Shown here: positions 37,916-45,695 of the stretch, in pieces
Position numbering within the stretch: the first letter of the stretch is position 1
Layout: every line of letters begins with the position of its first letter
Source: an uncultured Acidobacteriota bacterium
GTDB taxonomy: Bacteria; Acidobacteriota; Vicinamibacteria; Vicinamibacterales; UBA2999
Reading direction: 5' to 3'
DNA length: 64,000 nt
Assembly (NCBI GenBank): GCA_902826065.1
Contig: CADEDM010000003.1
Coordinates: forward strand, 8,045-72,044
Made by a program: the position numbers and the translations under genes
Notes under the pieces: generated by a model
The model's database searches: none
The model's input: only the letters and a program-made list of their open reading frames with translations
What the model was told of the DNA's origin: nothing

Positions 37916-40249
37916 TCAGAAGGTCGCGACGAGCGCGAACCGAAGGGTGAAGGGCTCCACGGGGTGGAAGTGGAGACCGTCGACGCCGCCCGCCGGTTCG
38001 CCCGGCAAGCGCGACGTGTAGAAGTAGTCGATGTCCGAGCTCCTGGAATCGAGCAGGTTGAGCAGATCGGCCTTCAGCCGCCAGACGCGCGACAGCTGCA
38101 CGCCGGTCTCGGCGCTGACCAGGTGCGATGCCCGGCTGCGCACGCTGTCGTCCTCGATCAGCGGACGTGGCCCGAAGAAGCGGTAGCGCAGGCTGCCGCT
38201 GACGCGGCTGCGCGGCGTAACCGTGAGGCCGGCGTTGGCCACGCCCTCGATGGCGCCCGGAATGCGATCGCCGTCGGACGCGCCGTCGGTGAAGCGCGCC
38301 TGCGAGTAGGCGACGCTGGCATCGAGCGTGAGCCACGACGTGGCGCGGAAGTCGGCGTCCCACTCGAGCCCGAGGCGCCGGCTCGGACGGCTCGCCTCGG
38401 TGGTCCCGGCGTCGCCGATGAAGAGCAGCTCCGAGTCGATCCACAGGCCCCAGGCGGCCATCGTCGCGTGCAGTCGCGGCAGCGCCAGCGTGCGCACGCC
38501 CACCTCACCGCCGCGGGCGCGCACCAGGGGATCGACGCGGTCCACGGCGTCGCCGCTGACCGGGTCGCGCGTGATCGTCGCGCCGCGGCCGTCGTTGCTG
38601 TGGAAGCCGCCGCCGGCGCTGGCGTAGAACTCGGTCCGCGCCCACGGGCCCAGCGCGACGCTGAGCTTCGGGTTCACGATGCCCTGCGTGCGCGTCCCGC
38701 CGTTGACGGGATCGCCGGCGTCGACGTTCCAGCGATAGAGGTCGCCGCGGACGCCGATCGTGGTGCGCACCACGTCCGACCACTGCGTCTGCAGCTCGCC
38801 GTAGGCCGCGCCGCTCGTCTGCTGGACCGCGTCCTCGCGAACCGTGGCTCGCCGGATGCGGTTGGTGGTGCGATACAGGCCGACCGCGCCGATGTCGTCG
38901 TGCCGGATCTCGCTGCCGAACGTCACCTGCGCGCGCCGGCCGCCGAGCGTAATCGGCCGCGTGTGGCTGACGCGTCCGCCGGTCACGACGCGCTCGTCGC
39001 GCTGTTCGAACTGGTCGCCGTCGGCGGGGTCGTCGAGGAAGTAGGTGAAGTTCGAGAACAGATCGAGCCCGTAGTCGAAGGCGTAGCTCTCGACGTGGGT
39101 CGTCCCCGACGACGTGGTGCGTTGCCACTCGGCCATGCCGCCGATGCGGTGGGTCTCGCCGCCGTTGGTGCGATCGAGGAACCCGAACCGCGACAGCGCG
39201 CCCTCGTCGACGGCGCGGCGGGGAATCTGGTCGGACGAGTTCCAGTCGGCGTTGTAGGCCAGACCGGTGATCGAGAAGCCGTTGGTGGCCGTGCCCTGGC
39301 TGTAGCGCACCACGCCGTTCCAGCGGCGCATCACGTCGGGCCGATCCCAGGGCCCGTCGTTGCCCATGGCCTCGCCGGCGATGAGCAGCGTGCCGCGTCC
39401 GACCTTCGGCGACGCCGCGCCGAACACGCGGCCGTAGCCGTAGGTGCCGCCCTCGAAACGCGCGATCGGCGCGTCGAGGCCGTTCACGTAGCTCACGCGC
39501 ACGCTGCCCGCCGCGGAGAAGTCACCCGCGTCGGCCGCGTAGGTGCCTTTGCGGTACTGAATCCCGCTCACGAGCTCGGGAATCAGGAAGTTCATGTCGG
39601 CGTAGCCCTGCCCGTGGCCGTGCGTGGGCAAGTTCACCGGCATGCCCGCGACCGACAACGCCAAGTCGGTGCCGTGGTCGATGTTGAAGCCGCGCAGGTA
39701 GTACTGGTTGGCCTTGCCTTCGCCGCTGTGCTGGCTGACGACCAGGCCCGGGACGCTCTCCAGCGCTTCGGCCGGACGCCGTCGCGCCCGTTCGTTCAGC
39801 TCGAGCGGGGTGACGACGCCGGTACTGGCCGAATCGGCGACGCCGACGAGCTCGTCCTGCGAGTCCACGGTCGACAGGTTCCGGAATGTGCGGCGTCCCG
39901 TGACCACCACCGAGGCCGAGGCCGCGACGAACAGCGTCGCGTCGGCGGTCGTGACCGCGCCGGCCGTCACGACGACGTTCCGGCGCAGCAGCGTCACGAA
40001 ACTCGTGAGCGAGAAACGGACGATGTGCGTGCCTGCCGGCACGGCGTCGACCGCGTAGCGGCCCTCCGAATCCGTCGTCGCGCTCCGCGCGCCGGCGCCG
40101 GTATCGACGTCCACGACCGCACCGGGCAGCGCCTGCCCGGTCGTATCGAGGACGCGGCCTTCGAGCCGTCCCGCGGCTCCACCCTGTGCCGCGACGCCAG
40201 GTGGCGCCGACAGCAGCGCGGCCAGGGCCGCGCACACCATTCCCCTCAT
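37916..40249 (-). CDS. TonB-dependent outer-membrane receptor with N-terminal carboxypeptidase-regulatory-like domain
   Basis: The ATG at 40249 has an upstream GAGG. The track ORF starts at a GTG at 40261. Motifs: GRVLDTTGQALPGAVVDV...SEGRYAV, plug ALESVPGLVV and YYLRGF. Terminal aromatic residue in ...FALVATF*. Confidence 0.9.
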   Translation of the reverse strand: MRGMVCAALAALLSAPPGVAAQGGAAGRLEGRVLDTTGQALPGAVVDVDTGAGARSATTDSEGRYAVDAVPAGTHIVRFSLTSFVTLLRRNVVVTAGAVTTADATLFVAASASVVVTGRRTFRNLSTVDSQDELVGVADSASTGVVTPLELNERARRRPAEALESVPGLVVSQHSGEGKANQYYLRGFNIDHGTDLALSVAGMPVNLPTHGHGQGYADMNFLIPELVSGIQYRKGTYAADAGDFSAAGSVRVSYVNGLDAPIARFEGGTYGYGRVFGAASPKVGRGTLLIAGEAMGNDGPWDRPDVMRRWNGVVRYSQGTATNGFSITGLAYNADWNSSDQIPRRAVDEGALSRFGFLDRTNGGETHRIGGMAEWQRTTSSGTTHVESYAFDYGLDLFSNFTYFLDDPADGDQFEQRDERVVTGGRVSHTRPITLGGRRAQVTFGSEIRHDDIGAVGLYRTTNRIRRATVREDAVQQTSGAAYGELQTQWSDVVRTTIGVRGDLYRWNVDAGDPVNGGTRTQGIVNPKLSVALGPWARTEFYASAGGGFHSNDGRGATITRDPVSGDAVDRVDPLVRARGGEVGVRTLALPRLHATMAAWGLWIDSELLFIGDAGTTEASRPSRRLGLEWDADFRATSWLTLDASVAYSQARFTDGASDGDRIPGAIEGVANAGLTVTPRSRVSGSLRYRFFGPRPLIEDDSVRSRASHLVSAETGVQLSRVWRLKADLLNLLDSRSSDIDYFYTSRLPGEPAGGVDGLHFHPVEPFTLRFALVATF

Positions 40250-40321
40250 GACACACCTCACCTGCAGCGGCGCAAACGCATCGGGGCGCCGCGCGATCCC
40301 GTGAACGCGAACGATCGGGAC

Positions 40322-40960
40322 TCAGGCGGAGGCGGGAGGGCCGCGTGCCGGCGGTTGCGGCAGCGGGGCGGGGCGGTAGGCGCGGGGGTGGACGTCGGGC
40401 GCGGGCGCGAGCGTCTCGGGCGGCGCCGGAAGGAACAGCGGCGGCGGTCCATCGATCAGCGCAAGACCGAAGTGGGCGCTGTTGCCGCGGCCGTGCTCTG
40501 AGGCCGGCGCCCCGTGATCGCGCCCGGACGGCGGTGCCGTCGCGTGGTGGTCCCGGTCCCCGATCGCGGCGGGGCGCGCGGCGGTCCGACGGTCATCGTG
40601 ATCCGCGCCGCCGTGGCTGTGGCCGTGCCCGTTGTCGAGGGCGTCGGAGCGCAGGCCGTCGTGGTGATGGCGCGGAGCGTGGTCGGCGGGTGCGGATGAC
40701 GCCGGGCGGGCGGGGCGGCCGTGGCCGGCGAAGGCCGCAGCGCGAGGGTCGGCCCCGGTGTCGTCGTGATCGCCGTCGTGCGCCGCGGATGGCGCGTCGC
40801 CATCGTCGACGGCCGCGACCTCGGGACCATGGGTGTGGTCGTCGCGATGCGTCGCCAGGTGCAGCGCCGGCACGACCTGCGCGGCGGCGATGAACAGCGC
40901 CAGCAGCAGCGGCCCGGCGATGGGGCGAAGACGAGCGAGCGGTCCTGTGCTCCGGGGCAT
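40322..40960 (-). CDS. His/Asp-rich, N-terminally anchored protein with Pro-rich tail (putative metal-binding, unknown family)
   Basis: ATG at 40960 (MPRSTGPLARLRPIAGPLLLALFIAAAQVVPAL). The track ORF starts at 41008. The protein is about 10% His, in repeated HxH / DH / HG motifs (HRDDHTHG, HDGDHDD, RHHHDG, GHGHSHGGADHDD, DRDHH, RDHG, SEHG). GC3 is high in this frame only. Confidence 0.6.
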   Translation of the reverse strand: MPRSTGPLARLRPIAGPLLLALFIAAAQVVPALHLATHRDDHTHGPEVAAVDDGDAPSAAHDGDHDDTGADPRAAAFAGHGRPARPASSAPADHAPRHHHDGLRSDALDNGHGHSHGGADHDDRRTAARPAAIGDRDHHATAPPSGRDHGAPASEHGRGNSAHFGLALIDGPPPLFLPAPPETLAPAPDVHPRAYRPAPLPQPPARGPPASA

Positions 40961-41240
40961 CACGCGATCAGGACGACCACCATAACGCAGCGCGGCCCCG
41001 CCGGCCACCGCCGCCCGTGCGGCCGTCTCCTCGCGAGGGACTACGCGGCGGGGACGGAATCGGATTGGGGATCGGCCCTCCGGTCCGCGGCATTACATCG
41101 GTGCCAGTGCGCCCATGCCTCGCCAATGGGATGAATCTGCGCCGTACCGCCACGTGAAACGGCTCATATTGCATCGACTCTCCGGCGTACACTGGGGTGC
41201 GGGCGTCGGGGGCCGTATCCACCCGGCGCGGCGCCGACTC

Positions 41241-42032
41241 ATGGTGCAATCCTTCCAAGTTCAGGTGCTGCGGTGGTGCGCCGTGGTCGCGCTGGTGGCG
41301 CTGGCCAGCGTGTCGCCGGCCGGCGTCCAGAAGCCGCCGGTGGTCGCGGCGGCGGCCAGCATGAACGCCGCGCTCACGGCCATCGCCGCCCAGTTCGAGC
41401 AGGCGCGAGGCCGGCACGTCGACCTGGTCTTCGGCGCCTCCGGGGCGCTCACGCGACAGATTCGCGACGGCGCGCCATTCGAGGTCTTCCTCGCCGCCGA
41501 CGACACGTTCCCCCAACAGCTCACCGGCGCGGGCCTGACACGCGACGCCGGTGTCGTCTACGCGATCGGCCGGTTGGCACTGTTCGCTCCCACCGGCTCG
41601 CCGCTGACCGTCGACGCCGGACTGGCCGGCCTCGCGTCGCTCGTTCGCGACGGTCGCGTGACGCGATTCGCGATCGCCAATCCCGAGGTGGCGCCCTACG
41701 GACAGGCAGCGGAAGCGGTGCTGCGCCGCCACGGGCTGTGGGACGCGATGCGACCGCGCATCGTGCTGGGCGACAGCGTGGCCCAGGCCGCGCAGTTCGC
41801 GACGACCGGCAACGCCGTCGGTGGTCTGGTCGCGTGGTCGGTGGCGGTCGCGCCGGCGATGGCGGGCCGCGGCACCAGCGTCGTGATCCCCGCCTCCGAT
41901 CACCCGCCGATCCGTCATCGCATGGTGCTGCTGAAGCGTGCCGGCGCCGCCGCCGCCGAGTTCTACGCCTACCTGCAGACCCCGGCCGCGCGCGCCATCC
42001 TGAAGTCGAGCGGCTTCGAAGTGCCAGAATAG
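41241..42032 (+). CDS. modA: Molybdate ABC transporter substrate-binding protein
   Basis: ATG at 41241 with a signal-like N-terminus. ModA pattern: AAAASMNAALTAIAAQF..., FGASGALTRQIRDGAPFEVFLAAD, IANPEVAPYGQAA. Confidence 0.9.
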   Translation: MVQSFQVQVLRWCAVVALVALASVSPAGVQKPPVVAAAASMNAALTAIAAQFEQARGRHVDLVFGASGALTRQIRDGAPFEVFLAADDTFPQQLTGAGLTRDAGVVYAIGRLALFAPTGSPLTVDAGLAGLASLVRDGRVTRFAIANPEVAPYGQAAEAVLRRHGLWDAMRPRIVLGDSVAQAAQFATTGNAVGGLVAWSVAVAPAMAGRGTSVVIPASDHPPIRHRMVLLKRAGAAAAEFYAYLQTPAARAILKSSGFEVPE

Positions 42033-42038
42033 CCGCCG

Positions 42039-42704
42039 ATGGACTGGACGGCTCTCGGCGTCTCGCTGCGGCTGGGCGTGGCCACGCTGATCGTGCTGCT
42101 GCCGATCGGCCTGTGGCTGGGCCACCTCCTGGCCACGCGATCCTTCCCCGGCAAGGCGCTGATCGAGGCGCTGATCACGGTGCCGCTCGTGCTGCCGCCC
42201 ACCGTGCTCGGGTTCTACCTGCTGGTGACGTTCGGCGCGCGGTCGCCGCTGGGGCAGGCCTTCGCGTCGATTGCCGGACACGCCCTGCCGTTTTCGTTCG
42301 CGGGCCTGCTGCTGGCGTCGGCGATCGCCAACCTGCCGTTCGTCGTCCAGCCGATCCAGCGCGCCTTCGAGGCGATCCCGAGTGGCGTGCGCGATGCCGC
42401 GGCGTGTTGCGGGCTGTCGCCGTGGCAGCGCTTCTTCCAGATCGATCTGCCGTTGGCGTGGCCCGGAGTGCTCACCGCCGCCATGCTCGCCTTCGCGCAC
42501 ACGCTGGGCGAGTTCGGCGTCGTGCTGATGGTCGGCGGCAACCTGCCGGGCGAGACGCGCACGCTGAGCATCGCGATCTACGACCGCATGCAGGCCTTCG
42601 ACGACCGGGGCGCTGGCGTGATGGCGGCGACGCTGCTGGTCGTGGCCGTGGGCACGTTGATGCTGACGACGACGTTGGCCGGCCGGACCACGCGCCGTGG
42701 CTGA
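42039..42704 (+). CDS. modB: Molybdate ABC transporter permease
   Basis: 221 aa. Motifs: SFPGKALIEALITVPLVLPPTVLGFYLL, and the EAA-loop region RAFEAIPSGVRDAAACCG. Confidence 0.92.
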   Translation: MDWTALGVSLRLGVATLIVLLPIGLWLGHLLATRSFPGKALIEALITVPLVLPPTVLGFYLLVTFGARSPLGQAFASIAGHALPFSFAGLLLASAIANLPFVVQPIQRAFEAIPSGVRDAAACCGLSPWQRFFQIDLPLAWPGVLTAAMLAFAHTLGEFGVVLMVGGNLPGETRTLSIAIYDRMQAFDDRGAGVMAATLLVVAVGTLMLTTTLAGRTTRRG

Positions 42705-43794
42705 CACGCCGTTGCGCGTCGGCCTGCGCCAGGCGGGCCCGATCCCGCTCGACGTCGCCTTCGACTGCGCGCGTGGCGATGTGCTGGCGATCTTCGGGCC
42801 CTCCGGCAGCGGCAAGTCGACGATCCTGCGGGCCATCGCCGGCTTGTACGCGCCCGCGGACGCCATCGTCCGGACCGGGGATCGCACCTGGAGCGACACG
42901 GCCGCCGGTGTGCACGTGCCCCCGCATCAGCGCGCGGTCGGCCTCGTCTTCCAGGACTACGCGCTGTTCCCGCACCTCACGGCCCGCGGCAACGTCCTCG
43001 CCGCGCTCGGCCATCGACCGAAGGCCGAACGGGTCGCTCGCGCCGACGAACTCCTCGCGCAGGTGCACATGGATGGTCTCGGCGACCGCCGGCCCGATGC
43101 GCTGTCGGGCGGCGAGCGCCAGCGCGTGGCCCTGGCCCGCGCGATCGCCCGTGACCCCGCCGTGCTGCTGCTCGACGAGCCCTTCACCGCCGTCGATCGA
43201 CCGGTGCGACGGCGGCTGCAGGACGAGGTCGATGCCCTTCGCCGCCGCCTCGACGTCCCCGTCATCCTCGTCACCCACGATTTCGACGACGTCGTCCGGC
43301 TGTCGACCCACGTGCTGCTGCTGGAGCGCGGCCGCGTGATGGCGTCGGGGCCCATCGCCGACGTGATGCGCCGCGCCGATCTGCCGTGGCTGCGCGACGC
43401 CGTCGGCCTCGGCGCGGTGGTCGACGCCAGGGTCGCCGGCGTCGATCTCGAGCGCGGGCTGGCCACGCTCGACATCGGCGGGCCGGCGCTGGTCGTGCCG
43501 GCGGCGGGGCTCACGCCGGGCGCCTTGGTGCGGGTGCGGGTGCCGGCGCGCGAGGTCATTCTGGCGACGCAGGCACCTGCCGGCCTCAGCCTCCACAACG
43601 TGCTCGCCGGTGTCGTGACCGAAGTCCACTATCTGCCAGGCACCTCGCAGGTGATCGTGCAGGTGCGGGTCGGCGCGACGCATCTGCTCGCGGAGGTCAC
43701 CGGCGACGCGGTCTCGCGGCTGGCGCTCACCGTGGGCGCCCCCGTCCATGCGCTCGTGAAGTCGGTGTCGATCGATCTCCACGTCGTGTCGTAG
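42697..43794 (+). CDS. modC: Molybdate ABC transporter ATP-binding protein with C-terminal TOBE domain
   Basis: 365 aa from a GTG start that overlaps modB by 8 nt. Walker A GPSGSGKST, LSGGERQRVALARA, LLLDEPF. The C-terminal TOBE-like half reads LSLHNVLAGVVTEV...VQVRVGATHLLAEVT. Confidence 0.92.
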   Translation: MADTPLRVGLRQAGPIPLDVAFDCARGDVLAIFGPSGSGKSTILRAIAGLYAPADAIVRTGDRTWSDTAAGVHVPPHQRAVGLVFQDYALFPHLTARGNVLAALGHRPKAERVARADELLAQVHMDGLGDRRPDALSGGERQRVALARAIARDPAVLLLDEPFTAVDRPVRRRLQDEVDALRRRLDVPVILVTHDFDDVVRLSTHVLLLERGRVMASGPIADVMRRADLPWLRDAVGLGAVVDARVAGVDLERGLATLDIGGPALVVPAAGLTPGALVRVRVPAREVILATQAPAGLSLHNVLAGVVTEVHYLPGTSQVIVQVRVGATHLLAEVTGDAVSRLALTVGAPVHALVKSVSIDLHVVS

Positions 43795-43822
43795 TCGACA
43801 CGCCGCGCCAGGCGGCGGCACG

Positions 43823-43838
43823 CCGGTGGCGCCACCGG
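43823..43838. promoter_or_regulatory. Perfect 16-bp palindrome CCGGTGGCGCCACCGG between modC and the kinase-BRCT gene
   Basis: The sequence is self-complementary over all 16 nt. It ends 6 nt before the kinase ATG. Its function is unknown (operator or short terminator stem). Confidence 0.3.
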
Positions 43839-43844
43839 GCTGCT

Positions 43845-45041
43845 ATGCTGAACCTCCGCATGCGGCTGTCGATCACGAGCGCCACCACCCGCACCGGCAC
43901 GGCGCGGGTGACGCCCCGGGAACCCGCCCTGCTCGGCCACGGGGCCGTGGTTGCGAGTCCGGAGTCGGGACTGTCGTACCGCGTGGGCCGGATGCTCGGC
44001 CAGGGCGGCTACGGTCAGGTCTACCGGGCGACGCGGGTCGGCGACTCCGACCAGGTGCCCGAGGAACTCTGCATCAAGGTGAGCACGCGCCAGGACGGCT
44101 GGCTGCGCGAGGCCTACTTCGGCCAGTTGCTGCACGACCATCCGCGTGCGGTACGCCTCTACGACGCGTTCCCGTTCTTCGGCGGCGGCCGTGTGCTCTA
44201 CGGTCTCGCCCTGGAATACGCGTCCTACGGCGACCTGAGCGCGTTCTTGTCGCGCGGCATCCGCCGTTTCAGCGAGCACGCCGTTCGACGGGAGATCGCC
44301 GGCGTCCTGCACGTGCTGCGCAAGCTGCATCGCGGCCAGCTGCTGCATCGCGACCTCACGCCGCTCAACGTCTTCGTCTGCGACAACTACCGCCTCAAGC
44401 TCGGCGACTTCGGCATCGTCCGCCAGCAGAGTGACCATCGTGGCGTGACGGCGCGCACGCTCAATCCGCACATGGCGCCCAGCGACATCTTCGACGGCGC
44501 CGCGCCCAAGTGGCAGACCCGCGACGACGTCTACCAGGTCGGACAGCTCATCGGCATGCTCGTGAAGGGCGATGCGTCGGCCCGCGTGCGCACGGCCGAA
44601 GTGCGCGGCTTCGACTGCAGCGATCACCTCAAGGAAATCGTCTACCGCTGCATCGGCGAGCGGCGCAAGCGGTACGAGAGCGCCGACGAGTTGATTCGGG
44701 CGCTCGAGACGCCGCCGCCGGCGATGAAGGCGCGCACGGTGAAGTCGCTGAAGGGCGCCCACGTCGCGTTCACCGGCATCCTCGACGTGCCGCGCAAGGA
44801 TGCGGCGGCCGCGGCGAAGAAGGCCGGCGCCACCGTGCACGGCGGGCCCTCCGCCAAGGTCACGGTCGTCGTGCGCGGACGTCCGAACGTGCTGCAGGCG
44901 GCGGGGAAGGACGGCGGGCGCAAGCTGCTCGATCTCAAGCGGCTGCGCGAGAAGGGCGTGCGCATCGCGCTGCTGAGCGAGGCGCAGTTCTGGCGCCTGG
45001 TCGGCCGCCGGCCGACGGCCGGCGCGGCGAAGCGGCGCTAG
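43845..45041 (+). CDS. Hanks-type Ser/Thr protein kinase fused to a C-terminal BRCT domain
   Basis: ATG at 43845, with the upstream ORF part overlapping modC. Motifs: GQGGYGQVY, CIKV Lys, HRDLTPLNVF, DFG. The C-terminus LKGAHVAFTGILDVPRKDAAAAAKKAGATVHGGPSAKVTVVVRG...LREKGVRIALLSEAQFWRLV matches the LigA-type BRCT pattern. Confidence 0.8.
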   Translation: MLNLRMRLSITSATTRTGTARVTPREPALLGHGAVVASPESGLSYRVGRMLGQGGYGQVYRATRVGDSDQVPEELCIKVSTRQDGWLREAYFGQLLHDHPRAVRLYDAFPFFGGGRVLYGLALEYASYGDLSAFLSRGIRRFSEHAVRREIAGVLHVLRKLHRGQLLHRDLTPLNVFVCDNYRLKLGDFGIVRQQSDHRGVTARTLNPHMAPSDIFDGAAPKWQTRDDVYQVGQLIGMLVKGDASARVRTAEVRGFDCSDHLKEIVYRCIGERRKRYESADELIRALETPPPAMKARTVKSLKGAHVAFTGILDVPRKDAAAAAKKAGATVHGGPSAKVTVVVRGRPNVLQAAGKDGGRKLLDLKRLREKGVRIALLSEAQFWRLVGRRPTAGAAKRR

Positions 45042-45060
45042 GCCCACGCGAGCCGGGGCG

Positions 45061-45540
45061 TCAGTCCTCGGGGACGGGGATCGCGACGGTGCTCTTGATC
45101 TCGCGCAGCGCGAAGTTCGACTTGATCTGCTGCACGGCAACGTTCGAGAACACCGCCTCCTTGAGGAAGCGTTCGTACTCGCGGGTGCTGCGCGCGATCA
45201 CGCGCAGCAGATAGTCGGCGTCGCCGGTCATCGAGTAGACGTCGAGCACCTCGGGCCGTTCCAGCATCGCCGCCTCGAACGCCTGGATGCCGTCGCGGTT
45301 GTGCTTGCTGAGCGTGACGTGCGCGAACACCGTGTCGTGATACCCGAGGGCCGCGGCGTCGACGCGCGCGACGTAGTCCTTGATGACGCCGCGCAGCTCG
45401 AGGGCCTTCACCCGGCGCCACGTGGGCGACGGCGAGAGGCCGACCCTGGCGGCGAGGTCCTGCACGGTGGCGCGGCCGTTCTCCTGGAGCGCCGTCACGA
45501 GGGCGCGGTCGGTGGCGTCGAGTGTGGGTCGGTCGGTCAC
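45061..45540 (-). CDS. Lrp/AsnC-family transcriptional regulator (BkdR-like position)
   Basis: 159 aa from a GTG start. Motifs: LDATDRALVTALQENGRATVQDLAARVGLSPSPTWRRVKALE..GVI, plus a RAM domain. Divergent from the E1/E2 genes. Confidence 0.92.
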   Translation of the reverse strand: MTDRPTLDATDRALVTALQENGRATVQDLAARVGLSPSPTWRRVKALELRGVIKDYVARVDAAALGYHDTVFAHVTLSKHNRDGIQAFEAAMLERPEVLDVYSMTGDADYLLRVIARSTREYERFLKEAVFSNVAVQQIKSNFALREIKSTVAIPVPED

Positions 45541-45590
45541 GGCTGCAAGCCTCGGTCACATCATGCCCCTGAAACTCGCCAGACAGGATG

Positions 45591-45637
45591 AATATTGCGT
45601 GATAGAGCCGATATTGGGGCAAGATAGGGAAGAATTG
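45591..45637. promoter_or_regulatory. AT-rich patch with three spaced (A/G)A(T)ATTG repeats between the lrp-like gene and E1, candidate Lrp-type binding region
   Basis: aatattg at 45591, gatattg at 45610 and agaattg at 45631, spaced about 20 bp. This is the lowest-GC stretch I saw in the window. Confidence 0.35.
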
Positions 45638-45695
45638 CCCTCGGCGTGAGGCGTATCGTGGACTCTCGGGCCATCGGGGCCCTGAGGACCACGTC

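Noticed and set aside
40322-41008. The His/Asp-rich protein read as a TonB-like energy transducer (N-terminal anchor with His, Pro-rich region).
   Set aside because: There is no C-terminal TonB domain after the Pro-rich stretch, because the protein simply ends. The His-rich middle is not a TonB feature. I kept it as an unknown metal-binding candidate instead.
41009-41240. A Moco riboswitch or ModE box upstream of modA.
   Set aside because: I could not recognise the conserved Moco motif core or an AT-rich ModE box by eye. I list it only as a region to scan, not as a feature.
43386-43844. An N-terminal 153-aa extension of the kinase ORF that overlaps modC.
   Set aside because: The extension lies inside the modC coding region in another frame and is Arg/Gly-rich. 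The kinase domain begins shortly after the ATG at 43845.
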